Origin: an uncultured delta proteobacterium
Lineage (GTDB): Bacteria > Myxococcota > UBA727 > VGSZ01
Reading direction: 5' to 3'
Length of the DNA: 64,000 nucleotides
NCBI GenBank assembly: GCA_963775425.1
Contig: CAVZJB010000003.1
Location: 512,001-576,000, forward strand
Notes under the pieces: generated by a model
The model's input: the letters and a program-made list of their open reading frames with translations, nothing else
Databases searched by the model: none
Told to the model about the DNA's origin: nothing
Translations under genes and position numbers: made by a program
Part shown: positions 22,536 through 33,978 of the stretch, in pieces
Layout: each line of letters starts with the position of its first letter
How positions within the stretch are numbered: position 1 is the first letter of the stretch

Positions 22536-22922
22536 ATGCACCTGAGGGTCTTGGTGCCGTTCAAGGTCTTTGCGGACAGGGTCGGCGTCACACGCGTCGT
22601 CGCCGAAACACCCGGCGGTTCGTTCGGCTTGCTGCCGCACCGGCTCGACTGCGTCGCGGCGCTCACGCTGGGGATCCTGATCTACGAAGCCGAGCCCGAA
22701 GGTGAGGTCTACCTCGCGGTGGATGAAGGCGTGCTCGTGAAGACCGGCACCGACGTCACCGTCTCCGTGCGCCGGGCGATCGCAGGCACCGACCTGCGCA
22801 CGCTGCGCGATCGTGTGGAGGATGAGTTCGCAAGGCTGAACGAGCAAGAGCGGAGCGTGCGTGTCGTCATGACGCGGCTGGAGACCGGGGTCTTGAAGCG
22901 TTTGCATGGGCTCGCGATATGA
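22536..22922 (+). CDS. atpC: N-ATPase epsilon subunit
   Basis: MHLRVLVP...GSFGLLPHRLDC...AVDEGVLVK. Confidence 0.9.
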   Translation: MHLRVLVPFKVFADRVGVTRVVAETPGGSFGLLPHRLDCVAALTLGILIYEAEPEGEVYLAVDEGVLVKTGTDVTVSVRRAIAGTDLRTLRDRVEDEFARLNEQERSVRVVMTRLETGVLKRLHGLAI

Positions 22923-23254
22923 ACGTGACGCAACCGAAGCCGCCGGTCGATGCGACGTTCGCCGCCCAGGTGACGACGAAGGCTGCACGAAAAGACCGGG
23001 CCCGCCGACACGCCGGACGCGGCACGTGGTTCGGGCTTGGGATGATGGGGCTCATCGGGTGGTCGGTGGCGATCCCGACGCTGGTCGGCGCGGCGGTCGG
23101 CGTCTGGCTGGACCGCCGCGGAGGAGCGTCGCACATCTCGTGGACGCTGGCGCTCCTCGCGGCGGGCCTGGTCATCGGCTGCTTCAACGCGTGGCGCTGG
23201 GTCGTCAAGGAAGACAAGGCGATGCGCGCGGAAGCGGAGGGTGATGATGAGTGA
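22919..23254 (+). CDS. atpQ: N-ATPase AtpQ (AtpZ/AtpI family)
   Basis: WFGLGMMGLIGWSVAIPTL...GVWLD...GCFNAWRW; operon position. Confidence 0.85.
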   Translation: MNVTQPKPPVDATFAAQVTTKAARKDRARRHAGRGTWFGLGMMGLIGWSVAIPTLVGAAVGVWLDRRGGASHISWTLALLAAGLVIGCFNAWRWVVKEDKAMRAEAEGDDE

Positions 23255-23540
23255 GCTCGTCACAGGGATCTTGTCCCTCGGAGCGGGTGCTGCCCTCGGA
23301 GCGCTGTTCTTCGGCGGGCTCTGGTGGACGGTGCGCAGAGGCGTCGCGTCCCGGCGGCCGGCGCTGTGGTTCGTGGGGGGAACGCTGTTGCGGGCGAGCG
23401 CGGCCCTCGCCGGCTTCCTCGTGGTTGGTGGAGGTCGCTTCGATCGCTTTGTCTTCTGCCTCGCCGGCTTCGTCGGCGCGCGCCTCTTGGTGCTGCGGCT
23501 GACGGGGCGAGTCCCCCACGAGGCCCGCCATGCGCCTTAG
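23247..23540 (+). CDS. atpR: N-ATPase AtpR
   Basis: LGALFFGGLWWTVRRG...GFVGAR; operon position. Confidence 0.85.
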   Translation: MSELVTGILSLGAGAALGALFFGGLWWTVRRGVASRRPALWFVGGTLLRASAALAGFLVVGGGRFDRFVFCLAGFVGARLLVLRLTGRVPHEARHAP

Positions 23541-24240
23541 TCCCGACGAGCTGGTCTACTGGCACCTTGGCTTCTTCAAGTTGAACGCGACCCTCGCCTT
23601 TACCTGGGGGCTGATCGTCGTGCTCGTCGTCGGAGCGAAGCTCGTCACACGCAAGCTGAACATGGGGGTCGAGAGGTCGCGCTGGCAGAACCTCCTCGAG
23701 CTCATCGTTACGACCATCGAAAACCAGATCCGCGACGTCGGGCTTCCGGATGCCCGGAGGTATGTCGGGTTTCTGGGGACGCTGTTCTTGTTCATCGCCG
23801 CGGCCAGCTTGTGCACCATCATCCCGGGCTACGAGCCGCCGACGAGCTCGTTGTCGACGACGATCGCGCTCGCGCTGTGCGTGTTCGTGGCGGTCCCGGT
23901 CTTCGGTGTCACCGGGCGAGGCTTCCGCGGCTACTTGAAGTCGTACGTCGAGCCGACGGTGATCATGCTGCCCTTCAACATCATCAGCGAGGCCTCCCGC
24001 ACGTTGGCGCTGGCCGTGCGCCTCTTCGGCAACATGATGAGCGGCGCGATGATCATCGCCATTCTCGTCAGCATCACGCCGTTCATCTTCCCGATCGTCA
24101 TGACGGCGCTCGGCCTCCTTACCGGCATGGTTCAGGCATACATCTTCACCATCCTGGCAGCGGTCTACATCGCCGCCGGCGCCGGCGCGGCGAGGCCGAA
24201 GCGCGCGACACCGTCTGCGGCGCCTGCGCCGGGGACTTGA
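23530..24240 (+). CDS. atpB: N-ATPase a subunit
   Basis: PPTSSLST, LAVRLFGNMMSG, QAYIFTILAAVYI. Confidence 0.93.
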   Translation: MRLSPDELVYWHLGFFKLNATLAFTWGLIVVLVVGAKLVTRKLNMGVERSRWQNLLELIVTTIENQIRDVGLPDARRYVGFLGTLFLFIAAASLCTIIPGYEPPTSSLSTTIALALCVFVAVPVFGVTGRGFRGYLKSYVEPTVIMLPFNIISEASRTLALAVRLFGNMMSGAMIIAILVSITPFIFPIVMTALGLLTGMVQAYIFTILAAVYIAAGAGAARPKRATPSAAPAPGT

Positions 24241-24270
24241 GGCACGGACGTAGAAACAGAGGGACACAAA

Positions 24271-24552
24271 GTGGACACCGTCACCGTCATCGCCGTTGCT
24301 TCGATCGTCACCGCCGGCTTCGTCACCAGCTTCGGGTGCATGTTCCCGGCCCTGAGCGAAGGGCGCGCCGTCGCCACCGCCCTTGGCTCGCTCGCGCAGC
24401 AACCCGATGCGTCCGCCACCATCACGCGAACGTTGTTCGTCGGGTTGGCGATGATCGAGTCCACGGCTATCTACTGTTTCGTCGTGTCGATGATCTTGAT
24501 CTTCGCGAACCCGTTCTGGAATCACGTCCTCTCTGTAACAGCGGGCAAGTAA
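24271..24552 (+). CDS. atpE: N-ATPase c subunit
   Basis: PALSEG...AQQPD...MIESTAIY...FANPFW. Confidence 0.95.
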   Translation: MDTVTVIAVASIVTAGFVTSFGCMFPALSEGRAVATALGSLAQQPDASATITRTLFVGLAMIESTAIYCFVVSMILIFANPFWNHVLSVTAGK

Positions 24553-24554
24553 CC

Positions 24555-25370
24555 GTGCTCATCGACTGGTTCACCGTCGGCGCGCAGGTGCTCAACTTCG
24601 CCATCCTCGTGGTCTTGATGAGGCGTTTCCTCTACCAGCCGGTCCTCAACGCCATCGACGCCCGAGAAAAGAAGATCGCCACCGCGATCGCCGACGCGGC
24701 GGCGAAGCAGTCGGAGGCGCTGGCGGAGCGGGAAGAGCTGGCGAAAAAGAACGAAGAGATCAGCGGTCAGCGCGCCGCGCTGCTGAGCGAGGCAGCCGAG
24801 GAAGCGGCCGGCGAGCGGCGGCGGCTCCTCGGTGAAGCGCGCGACGCCGCCGACGCCGTGGCTGCGAAGTGGCGGCGCACCCTGCACGCTGACGCGCTCT
24901 CCGTGAGCGAGGCCATCCGCAGCCGAGCGCAACAAGAGGTGTTCGCCATCGCGCGAAAGGCGTTTGCCGACCTCGCGGACGCGCCTGTGCAAGAGCGCAT
25001 GGTGGCGGTGCTCATCCGCCGCCTCCGAGAGCTCGACGGGGAGGCGAAGGAGGGCTTCGCCGCGGCGTTGAAGGGCGCGTCGACGCCGCCGTTGGTGCGC
25101 TGTGCGCTCGGGCTCACCGCTGCGCAACGCTCGGCGATCGAGGGCGCCCTCGGTGAAGTGTCTTCGCTCGACGCCGGGCTCCGCTTCGAGGTCGCGCCGG
25201 AGCTGATCAGCGGAATCGAGATCATTGCGAACGGACAGAAGCTGTCGTGGAGCGTCGCGGAGTACCTCGGCGCGCTTGAGAGACGTGTCGGCGATGTCCT
25301 GGCGCGCGAGATGCAACTCTCAGCGGCGCAGACGAAGCGCGAGCTCCTCCCGGCCGAGGCGGGGCCGTGA
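24555..25370 (+). CDS. atpF: N-ATPase b subunit (b-delta-like fusion)
   Basis: [15 protein letters not shown]...FLYQPVL...LISGIE...KLSWS. Confidence 0.9.
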   Translation: MLIDWFTVGAQVLNFAILVVLMRRFLYQPVLNAIDAREKKIATAIADAAAKQSEALAEREELAKKNEEISGQRAALLSEAAEEAAGERRRLLGEARDAADAVAAKWRRTLHADALSVSEAIRSRAQQEVFAIARKAFADLADAPVQERMVAVLIRRLRELDGEAKEGFAAALKGASTPPLVRCALGLTAAQRSAIEGALGEVSSLDAGLRFEVAPELISGIEIIANGQKLSWSVAEYLGALERRVGDVLAREMQLSAAQTKRELLPAEAGP

Positions 25371-26911
25371 CGGCGGCCGCCGCAGACCTGCAGAGCGTCG
25401 TGGAGCGGTTCTTCGCCGGCCTGGCGGAGGTGCGGGGTGCATTCACGCCGCAATTGACGCTGCGGGAGACAGGCACCATCACGAGCGTCTCCACAGGCAT
25501 CGGCACGGTCTCCGGCCTCCCGAGCGTCGGCTCCGCCGAGCTGCTCCAGTTTCCGGGCGGCGTCTCCGGGATCGCGTTCAATCTCGATGAGGACGAGATC
25601 GGTGTGGTGCTGCTCGGCGATCACACGCACCTCGGCGCCGGCGACCCCGTCGAACGCACCGGGCGCGTCATGGACGTGGGCGTCGGTGACGCTCTGCTTG
25701 GGCGCGTCATCGATCCGCTCGGCCGACCGCTCGACGGGGGAGGTCCCGTCGCCACCGAGCAACGCTTGCCGATCGAGCGGCCGGCCCCGTCGATCATGGA
25801 CCGCGCTCCCGTCGCCGTGCCCCTCCAGACCGGCCTCAAGGTCGTCGACGCGCTCATTCCCATCGGTCGCGGGCAACGCGAGCTGATTCTCGGTGACAGA
25901 CAAACCGGCAAGACCGCGATCGCCATCGACACCATCCTCAATCAACGGGGAAAGGACGTCGTTTGTGTGTATTGCGCCATCGGTCAGCGCGCCTCGGCGG
26001 TGGCGAAGGCCGTCGCCGTTCTGCGCGAGAACGAGGCGCTCGCGTACACCATCGTCGTCGTGAGCGAGGGCAACGACCCGCCGGGCCTGACCTACGTCGC
26101 GCCATACGCGGCGACGAGCATCGCCGAGCACTTCATGGAGGCCGGTCGCGACGTCTTGATCGTCTACGACGACCTCACCCACCACGCTCGGGCATATCGC
26201 GAGCTCTCGCTGCTCCTGCGTCGGCCACCCGGACGCGAAGCGTTTCCCGGGGACATCTTCTACATCCACTCTCGCCTGCTCGAGCGCGCCACGCACCTGT
26301 GCGCTGCGCGCGGCGGCGGATCGCTCACGGCGCTGCCGATCATCGAGACCGAGGCGCAGAACATCTCCGCTTACATCCCGACGAACCTCATCTCGATCAC
26401 GGATGGGCAGGTGTACGTCTCGCCGTCGTTGTTCGAGCTGGGCGTGCTCCCGGCGGTCGACGTCGGCAAGTCCGTGTCGCGCCTCGGCGGAAAGGCGCAG
26501 CGGCCGGCGTATCGGAGCTTTGCGAGTGACCTCAAGCTCGCCTACGCGCAGTTCGAGGAGCTCGAGACCTTCGCGCGTTTTGGCGCTCACCTCGATGACG
26601 AGACCAAGAAGATTATGGAACACGGGCTGCGCATCCGCGCGTGCTTGAAGCAGCCGGAGACGACACCGGCGCCGGTGCCGGCGCAGATCGCGATCCTCGT
26701 GGCGCTCACCGCCGGCCTCTTCGACAGGGTGCCGATCGATCGGATGCCTGACGCCGAGCGCGCGGTGTCCGCCGCCGCCGCGAGCATCCCCGTGGAGGTG
26801 AGCGAGCGGTTCGAGAGCGCGTCCTCGTTGAGGGCCGCCGACCGTGAGGCGATCATGCAGATCGCACGCGCCGCGCTCGTGGACCTGCAACAACCCGAGG
26901 CGAAGGGATGA
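25367..26911 (+). CDS. atpA: N-ATPase F1 alpha subunit
   Basis: [38 protein letters not shown]. Confidence 0.96.
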   Translation: MTAAAADLQSVVERFFAGLAEVRGAFTPQLTLRETGTITSVSTGIGTVSGLPSVGSAELLQFPGGVSGIAFNLDEDEIGVVLLGDHTHLGAGDPVERTGRVMDVGVGDALLGRVIDPLGRPLDGGGPVATEQRLPIERPAPSIMDRAPVAVPLQTGLKVVDALIPIGRGQRELILGDRQTGKTAIAIDTILNQRGKDVVCVYCAIGQRASAVAKAVAVLRENEALAYTIVVVSEGNDPPGLTYVAPYAATSIAEHFMEAGRDVLIVYDDLTHHARAYRELSLLLRRPPGREAFPGDIFYIHSRLLERATHLCAARGGGSLTALPIIETEAQNISAYIPTNLISITDGQVYVSPSLFELGVLPAVDVGKSVSRLGGKAQRPAYRSFASDLKLAYAQFEELETFARFGAHLDDETKKIMEHGLRIRACLKQPETTPAPVPAQIAILVALTAGLFDRVPIDRMPDAERAVSAAAASIPVEVSERFESASSLRAADREAIMQIARAALVDLQQPEAKG

Positions 26912-27795
26912 GCGAGACGACGGCGGGCCTCGAACGGAAGATTCACGGCGCCACCGACCTCCAGTCCGTTGTGCGGTCCATGAAGGCGCTGGCGGCGTCG
27001 AGGATCCGGCAATACGAGGCATCCGCGCTCGCCCTGGCGGGCTACTATCGGACCGTCGAGCTCGCCTTGGGCGTGTGCCTGCGCGAAGGGACACCCCTGT
27101 CGCTCCCGGCGCCGACCCCGAGGCCGGCGGGCGCATCGGTGGTCGGCGCCGTCGTGTTCGGCTCGGACCAGGGGCTCGTGGGCCAGTTCAACGAGGTCGT
27201 GGCCGAACGCGCGGCGGAGGAGCTCGCTTCGACTCCGGGCAGGGCCGAGGTGTGGGCGATTGGGGAGCGCGTCCACGCTCGCCTTGCTGACCTCGGCCTG
27301 CGCCCCGAAGCGCTGTTTGCAGTGCCGACCTCCGTCGATGCGATCGCAGCGATGGTCGGGAAGATCCTCGTCGCCACCGAAGCCCACCACGGCCACGCCG
27401 GGGGAAGCGCGCTCTATCTCTTCTACAACCGCGCGCTCGGCGCCGCGGGCTATGAACCGGTAACGCAGCGATTGCTGCCGTTGGATGAGGGTTGGCGCCG
27501 CGCGCTCATCGCGGTTTCCTGGCCAACGCCGACGCTGCCCGAGGTGGTCCTGGGAAACGGCACCACGACGTTGCGCGCGCTCGTTCGCGAACACGTGTTC
27601 GTGTCGCTCTTTCGTGCGTGCGCCGACTCGCTCGCCAGCGAAAACGCGAGTCGTCTGGCCGCGATGCAGCGCGCGGACAAGAACATCAACGAGCTCCTCG
27701 AGACCCTCCACGGAGCGTTCCACAGCCTGCGGCAGGGGAGCATCGACGAGGAGCTCTTCGACGTCATCGCGGGTTTTGAGGCGCTCCCGAAATAG
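26908..27795 (+). CDS. atpG: N-ATPase gamma subunit
   Basis: [48 protein letters not shown]. Confidence 0.93.
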   Translation: MSETTAGLERKIHGATDLQSVVRSMKALAASRIRQYEASALALAGYYRTVELALGVCLREGTPLSLPAPTPRPAGASVVGAVVFGSDQGLVGQFNEVVAERAAEELASTPGRAEVWAIGERVHARLADLGLRPEALFAVPTSVDAIAAMVGKILVATEAHHGHAGGSALYLFYNRALGAAGYEPVTQRLLPLDEGWRRALIAVSWPTPTLPEVVLGNGTTTLRALVREHVFVSLFRACADSLASENASRLAAMQRADKNINELLETLHGAFHSLRQGSIDEELFDVIAGFEALPK

Positions 27796-27894
27796 CCTTC
27801 TCCAGGTCCGCCCCACGTGACGGCCGTGCGAACGCCGAATTGCTCCCGGAGGCTGGGGCAGCATGCTACCGCTGGCGTCGGGGAAACCGACCGC

Positions 27895-30800
27895 ATGACC
27901 AAGAGGGACCGGCACGCGACCCGATCGGGTGACAAGACGCGCGCGCCGGCGTTGCCCGCGAGGGTTCGTGCGAGCACCGGGTTCCCTATCGTCGGCATCG
28001 GCGCCTCCGCGGGAGGGATGGAGGCGTTCGTCGAGCTGCTCCGGCGGATCCCGAAGCAGACCGGAGCAGCGTTCGTCTTGATCCAGCACCTGGATCCAAC
28101 GCACGCGAGCTACCTGAGCGAAGCGCTTGGCCGATCGACGGGGTTCCCCGTCGAAGAGAGCGAAGACGGGATGGTCATCAAGCCGGACCACGTCTACGTG
28201 ATCCCTCCGAGCGCCGACGTGAGCATCATGGGCGGGGCGCTCTCCCTGTTGCCGCGCGGCATCGACGGACACAAGCTGCACCTGCCGGTCGACTTCTTCT
28301 TCGAGTCGCTCGCGGCCGATCGTGGAAACCAGGCGATTGGTGTCGTCCTTTCGGGCACCGGGTCCGATGGAAGTGAGGGGCTCCGCGCGATCAAGGCGGA
28401 GGGCGGGGTCACGCTCGCGCAGGATCCGGAGACCGCGAAGTTCAGGGGTATGCCGGACGCTGCGATCCAGGCCGGCGTCGTCGATGTCGTGCTGCCGATC
28501 GACGCCCTCGCGGCGGAGCTCGTGCGCCTCGCTCGCCATCCGTTCTTTCGTTCGAACGCAGCGGAGAAGGCGCCGGGCCCCACCGAGGACCGCGAGCTCA
28601 GGCAGGTGCTCGCCCTCGTTCGCGGCGCCGTGCGCGTCGACTTCAGCGAATACAAGCTCGCGAGCATCCGGCGCCGCGTCGCTCGCCGCATGGCGGTTCG
28701 CCGGCTCGCGACGCTCCCCGAGTATGTGCAGGTGCTCCGCGGGGATCGCGCGGAGCTGCAAGCGCTGTTCGAGGACATCCTCATCCACGTGACCTCCTTC
28801 TTTCGTGACGCAGAGGCGTTCGAGAAGCTGAAGGAGGTCGCCTTCCCCGAGATCCTGACGCAGAAGCGCGTCGGCGGCACCATTCGCATCTGGTGTTGCG
28901 GTTGTTCCACGGGCGAAGAGGTCTACTCGCTCGCCATCGCCCTCTTCGAGTTCCTTTCGAAGGAGGGCGCCTCCGACGTTCCGGTGCAGATCTTCGGAAC
29001 CGACATCGCGGAGGCGGCCATCGAGAAGGCGCGCGCGGGGCTCTATCCCGACGCCGCCGTTCGCGACATCGACGCGGAGCGGCTCGCCCGTTTCTTCGTG
29101 AAGGAGGAAGGCGGCTACCGGATCTCCAAGTCGATTCGAGAACGGTGCGCGTTCGTGAAGCACGACCTCACGCGCGACCCACCATTTTCCAAGCTCGACC
29201 TCGTGTGCTGTCGAAACGTCCTCATCTACTTCACGGCCGAGCTTCAGAAGCGCGTGTTGGCGACGTTTCACTTCGGGCTGAACGACCCGGGCTTCCTCTT
29301 GCTCGGCGGCGCCGAGAACATCGGTGACGGAGCCGACTTGTTCTCCGCGGTCGACAAGGAGAGCAAGATCTTCGCGAGGAGCGCAGGCAAAAGCGTCCTA
29401 CGCCTCGCCCCCGCACGGGACGTCTATCCAATCCCGCCGCCGACCGTCGATCTCGGCCCGCGAGCACCGCCCCCAGCGGATGTCGTGAAGCGCGTCGAGA
29501 GCGCTCTCCTCGACAAATACACGCCGCCGGGGGTCATCGTGAATGATCGCCTGGAGATCCTTCAGTTCCGGGGCAGGACCGCCCGCTACCTCGAGCCGCC
29601 GCCTGGACCGCCGCAGCACGACCTGTTGAAGATGGCCCGCAAGGAGCTCGTCTCAGACCTCCGGATCGCCATCTCGCGGGCGCGCAAAGAGAAGGCGATG
29701 GTGCGGCGGTCCGGCATCCGGATCGAGGAGAACGGGTCAACGCTCCTCTGTGCCGTGGTCGTCCTTCCGGTCCCGCTCGCCGAGCCCGCGTTGCCGGCCT
29801 TCGCCGTGATGTTCGAGGAGGAGACGGCGCAGGGGCCTCGGCCGGTCGCGCCGGCGGTTTCGGGCGCAACGCCGCCGACCGCGCCGGTCAACGAGCAGCG
29901 TTACAGCGCGCTCGAAGAAGAGCTCGAGAGGACCAAACAGTTTCTGGAGACGACCGTCGACGAGCTTCAACGAACCAATGAAGAGATGATGTCGGCGAAC
30001 GAGGAGCTCTTGTCGAGCAACGAAGAGCTTCAAAGCTTGAACGAGGAGATGGAGACGGCGAGGGAGGAGCTGCAGTCCACGAACGAGGAGCTGAGCACGC
30101 TCAACGACGAGCTTCAGAACCGGAACACCGAGCTCAACTCCGCCAACAGCGATCTCATCAACATCCTCGGCAGCGTCGAGGTGCCCATCGTCATCGTCGA
30201 TGCGGAGCGCCGCATTCGTCGCTTCACGCCCATGGCGCGTTCACTCCTGAACCTCCTGCCGTCAGACGTCGGCCGCCCCATCGACGACATCAAGCCGAAC
30301 CTCCCCATCGACAAGCTCGATCAGAAGATCGCGGACGTCATCGACAGCGTGACGATCCACGAGGAGCAGGCCGAGGGCAAAGACGGGCGCTGGTATCGGT
30401 TGCAGATTCGCCCGTACACCACTGTCGACAAGAAGATCGACGGCGCGGTGCTTTCGATCGTCGATATTGACTCGTTGAAGCGCGCGCTCGGTGCCGCCGA
30501 ATGGGCCCGTGATTTCGCGACGGCGATCGTCGAGGCGAGCCCGACTCCGAACGTCGTTCTCGACGAGCAACAGAACATCGTCTCGAGCAACGAGGCATTC
30601 CGCGAGACCTACGTCGTGACGATGGCGACCGAGGGGCGCAGCGTCTACCAGATCCAGAACGGGGCGTGGGACTTCCCAGAGCTCCGTTCGGCGCTCGAGC
30701 GCGTGGTCAAACGCCACGGGCGATTTCGCGCGCTCGACGTGGAGCGTGAGTTGCCGGGTCTCGGGAAGCGTTGGATGTCGCTGTCGGGACGATCCGTGGT

Positions 30801-32088
30801 CCTGCCGGACGCCGGCCGCATCGTCCTTCTCACGGCGGACGACATCACGGAGCACGTGCGGGGGGAGGCGGAGCGTGCCGAGCTCATGGCGGAGGCGAAA
30901 GCCGCCAAGGCCGCCGCCGATGACGCGAACCGCTCAAAGGATCTCTTCTTGGCCATGGTCTCGCACGAGCTGCGGACGCCGCTCTCCAGCCTCGTGATGA
31001 ACGCGCAGCGCCTCCGCAAGGGCAACCTCGGCGAAGAGCAGCTCCGGAGGCTCGGTGAGTCCATCGAGAGGGCATCAAAGGCACAAGCACAGCTCATCGA
31101 CGATCTCCTCGATATCTCTCGCATCGTGGCCGGCAAGCTCAAGATGGAGCTCCATGCCGTCAGCGTGCCGTCCATCGTTCAGATGGCGGTCGATACGGTG
31201 CGCCCGGGCGCCGACAAGAAAGCCGTCGAGCTCGTTGTGCACGTCGACGACTCCGTCCCTCGTGTCGCCGGCGACATCATGCGGCTGCAGCAGGTCGTGT
31301 GGAATCTCTTGAACAACGCGATCAAGTTCACGCCCGAGCGCGGGCGTGTCGTCGTTGCCGTCGACCGGGACGGGGACTATGCGCGAATTCGCGTGACCGA
31401 CACCGGCACCGGAATCGAGGCCGAGTTCCTGCCCCACATCTTCGACCAGTTCAGCCAAGAAGATCGCGAGCGCACGCGCACCCACGGCGGGCTCGGCCTC
31501 GGTCTCTCGATCGTTCGGTACGTGGTCGAGAAGCACGGCGGCACCATCAAGGTGGAGAGCGACGGCAGAGACCGGGGCTCCACCTTCACCGTGCTCCTTC
31601 CCGTGGTCAATCGTCACGCCGAGGCGGCGTTGGGTTCGGGGGAGTCGGGGACCGGCACGCGGCCGAGCATCAAGGGGGCGCGCGTGCTCCTCGTCGAGGA
31701 CGACGTGCAGACCCGTGAGGCGCTGGCGGACATGCTCGCCGTCTGCGGCGCAGTCGTTCACCCCGCCGCGTCGGCGAAGCAGGCGCTCGAAGTGTTCAAG
31801 GATTTTCGCGCCGAGGTGCTCATCTCGGACATCGCGATGCCGGACGAGGACGGCTACAGCCTCATTCGTCGGATTCGTGCGCTCGGTGCGAGCGAAGGCG
31901 GTGACGTACCGGCGGTGGCCCTCAGCGCGCTCGCGGGTGAGGAAGATCGGCGCCGTGCGGAGAAGGCCGGCTTTCAACTGCACATGGCGAAGCCCGTCGA
32001 CATCGACCGCCTCGTCGGCGCGCTTGCCGCGTTGCTGAAGGGCAGGGCGAGCCTCGTGGACGCCGACGGGGGTCGCGCGCGGCCCTGA
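27895..32088 (+). CDS. CheB-CheR-coiled coil-PAS-histidine kinase-receiver hybrid
   Basis: GASAGG/QHLDP/SGTGSDG (CheB), GCSTGEEVYS/CRNVLIYF (CheR), SNEELQSLNEE, SHELRTPL, GGLGLGL, DIAMP...KP. Confidence 0.93.
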   Translation: MTKRDRHATRSGDKTRAPALPARVRASTGFPIVGIGASAGGMEAFVELLRRIPKQTGAAFVLIQHLDPTHASYLSEALGRSTGFPVEESEDGMVIKPDHVYVIPPSADVSIMGGALSLLPRGIDGHKLHLPVDFFFESLAADRGNQAIGVVLSGTGSDGSEGLRAIKAEGGVTLAQDPETAKFRGMPDAAIQAGVVDVVLPIDALAAELVRLARHPFFRSNAAEKAPGPTEDRELRQVLALVRGAVRVDFSEYKLASIRRRVARRMAVRRLATLPEYVQVLRGDRAELQALFEDILIHVTSFFRDAEAFEKLKEVAFPEILTQKRVGGTIRIWCCGCSTGEEVYSLAIALFEFLSKEGASDVPVQIFGTDIAEAAIEKARAGLYPDAAVRDIDAERLARFFVKEEGGYRISKSIRERCAFVKHDLTRDPPFSKLDLVCCRNVLIYFTAELQKRVLATFHFGLNDPGFLLLGGAENIGDGADLFSAVDKESKIFARSAGKSVLRLAPARDVYPIPPPTVDLGPRAPPPADVVKRVESALLDKYTPPGVIVNDRLEILQFRGRTARYLEPPPGPPQHDLLKMARKELVSDLRIAISRARKEKAMVRRSGIRIEENGSTLLCAVVVLPVPLAEPALPAFAVMFEEETAQGPRPVAPAVSGATPPTAPVNEQRYSALEEELERTKQFLETTVDELQRTNEEMMSANEELLSSNEELQSLNEEMETAREELQSTNEELSTLNDELQNRNTELNSANSDLINILGSVEVPIVIVDAERRIRRFTPMARSLLNLLPSDVGRPIDDIKPNLPIDKLDQKIADVIDSVTIHEEQAEGKDGRWYRLQIRPYTTVDKKIDGAVLSIVDIDSLKRALGAAEWARDFATAIVEASPTPNVVLDEQQNIVSSNEAFRETYVVTMATEGRSVYQIQNGAWDFPELRSALERVVKRHGRFRALDVERELPGLGKRWMSLSGRSVVLPDAGRIVLLTADDITEHVRGEAERAELMAEAKAAKAAADDANRSKDLFLAMVSHELRTPLSSLVMNAQRLRKGNLGEEQLRRLGESIERASKAQAQLIDDLLDISRIVAGKLKMELHAVSVPSIVQMAVDTVRPGADKKAVELVVHVDDSVPRVAGDIMRLQQVVWNLLNNAIKFTPERGRVVVAVDRDGDYARIRVTDTGTGIEAEFLPHIFDQFSQEDRERTRTHGGLGLGLSIVRYVVEKHGGTIKVESDGRDRGSTFTVLLPVVNRHAEAALGSGESGTGTRPSIKGARVLLVEDDVQTREALADMLAVCGAVVHPAASAKQALEVFKDFRAEVLISDIAMPDEDGYSLIRRIRALGASEGGDVPAVALSALAGEEDRRRAEKAGFQLHMAKPVDIDRLVGALAALLKGRASLVDADGGRARP

Positions 32089-32106
32089 CCGCGCGGCTGC
32101 GCGCGC

Positions 32107-32409
32107 TCAAGGGTCGGCTGCGGGCTGCTCCTCCTCCGGCATGACTTGTCGCAGCCCCTCGACCGGAACTGAAAGGACGACGGTCTCGCCAACCGACTGG
32201 ACCAGTCTCACCGGAATGTCGATCTCGCCTGCGCGAAACACGCTGCGATGGGTGCCGAGCTGGTCGGCGGTCTCCCTGTACAGCTTGACGCGGAGCGCGT
32301 CGACGCGCCAGCCGTCACTCTCGATGAAGAGATCAGCGATCTCTCCGATCACCCGACCGTCTGCAGAGATGATGTTTCGTCCGCGAAGGTCCTCGTCCGC
32401 AATGCGCAT
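32107..32409 (-). CDS. PRC-barrel domain protein
   Basis: LRGRNIISADGRVIGEIADLFI...IPVRLVQSVGETVVL; GAGGAG SD. Confidence 0.85.
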   Translation of the reverse strand: MRIADEDLRGRNIISADGRVIGEIADLFIESDGWRVDALRVKLYRETADQLGTHRSVFRAGEIDIPVRLVQSVGETVVLSVPVEGLRQVMPEEEQPAADP

Positions 32410-32722
32410 GATCGGTACTCCTCTCCTCTCCTGACGGAGGCATGTCGCGCTCCTGAGTGAGCACGTTCCATGCCCCGGCGGTGCGGTGAAACCTCACTGA
32501 CTGGCCGATGTCCTCGCGCGTCTCGTGTGCGAATCGACGCTCGACGGCGGTGTCATCGTGCCCTTCGCCGGCACGCCGCGATGAACCGACGCCGCGGGCG
32601 CCGCGCACGGAGGTCGCGCGCGAGCTGCCGTGACGCCTTCACTGCGGCACGCGACCTGCAGTCCAAGCGCGCTTTGTCCCTTGGTGCCGTTCGGGCGGAC
32701 CCTGAAGTGGCGGGTGAATTGG

Positions 32723-33940
32723 ATGCTTCAGCACGTCTATCTCATACCGGGGATGTTCGGCTTCTCCCACCTCGCGTCGTACGACTACTTCGGTCACGTC
32801 GAACGCGCGTTGTCGACGCGTTTTGACGTCGCCGGTGAAGAGGTCTTTCTTCACGTCGTCGACGTGGCCCCCACCGCGTCGGTGCGCCGGCGCGCGGCGA
32901 CGCTCGCCGCAATGGTCCAGCAGACCTCGGCCGGTAACGACGCTCCGATACATCTGTTGGGGCATTCCACCGGCGGCCTCGACGCGCGCCTGGTGGCATC
33001 GCCGGGATCGCAGCTCGCGAACGCCGCGTCGGCAGCGAGCTGGCTCCCCCGGCTCTGCAGCATCACGACGATGAACACCCCGCATTTCGGCACGCCGCTG
33101 GCGAGCTTCTTTGCGACGGCCAACGGCGAGCGGGTGCTCTATGCGCTCTCCGCGCTCACCGTGATTGGGCTCTCTCTTGGCAAGCGCCCCCTCGCCGTCG
33201 CCAGCATGCTCGTCGGCATGGCTCGGCGAGACAATCGCGTCACGGGGATCCGGCTCCACGTGATGGACAAGGCGGTCGAATCGCTGATCGGCCTCGTTGA
33301 CGACGCGCGCAGCCCCGAGGTGCGCAGCTTTCTGCGTGCGATCGAAGAGGACCAGGGCGCGGTGCTCCAACTGAGCCCCGAGGCGATGGACGTCATGGTC
33401 GCCGGGTTCGAGGACCGGCCGGGTGTCGTGTACCAGTCATCGGCGTCCTTGGCGCCGACGCCGGCACCGGGGAAGTGGCTCCGGACGTTCGGATCTCCCT
33501 GGCGAGCGACCTCGATGGCTTTGTTCGCGACGCTCCATCGCATCACCTCGCGGCTCGACGATCGGTACCCGTGCGCTTGCGTGTCCCAGGGCGTCGTCGC
33601 GGCGGATGACAAGACCGAGGCAACGCTGCTTCGGCTGCTCGGCGTCGCGCCGGAGCGCGGGGGCAACGACGGGATTGTCCCCCTGCGCTCCCAGCTGTGG
33701 GGGACGCTCGTGTGGGCGGGGCTCGGAGACCACCTCGACGTCCTGGGGCACTACCGTGGCGACCAGATCCACGGTGACACGACTGGGTCTGTCCACCGGG
33801 ACTGGCTGACGAGCGGCGCGTCGTTCGGCGCTCCGCAGTTCGAGGCGCTGATGGACGCCATCGCCAAGGGGATGCTGGACGCCGCCGCGGCGAGGCCCGT
33901 CGACGCGAGGATCGCGCGCAGTCCGAGAAGGAGCGCCTGA
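32723..33940 (+). CDS. Alpha/beta hydrolase (triacylglycerol lipase-like)
   Basis: LIPGMFG, GHSTGG nucleophile elbow, TPHFGT, NDGIVP, DHLD. Confidence 0.85.
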   Translation: MLQHVYLIPGMFGFSHLASYDYFGHVERALSTRFDVAGEEVFLHVVDVAPTASVRRRAATLAAMVQQTSAGNDAPIHLLGHSTGGLDARLVASPGSQLANAASAASWLPRLCSITTMNTPHFGTPLASFFATANGERVLYALSALTVIGLSLGKRPLAVASMLVGMARRDNRVTGIRLHVMDKAVESLIGLVDDARSPEVRSFLRAIEEDQGAVLQLSPEAMDVMVAGFEDRPGVVYQSSASLAPTPAPGKWLRTFGSPWRATSMALFATLHRITSRLDDRYPCACVSQGVVAADDKTEATLLRLLGVAPERGGNDGIVPLRSQLWGTLVWAGLGDHLDVLGHYRGDQIHGDTTGSVHRDWLTSGASFGAPQFEALMDAIAKGMLDAAAARPVDARIARSPRRSA

Positions 33941-33978
33941 GCCATTTGTTGCGGCCGCAGACGCCGGCGAGACCGTGC

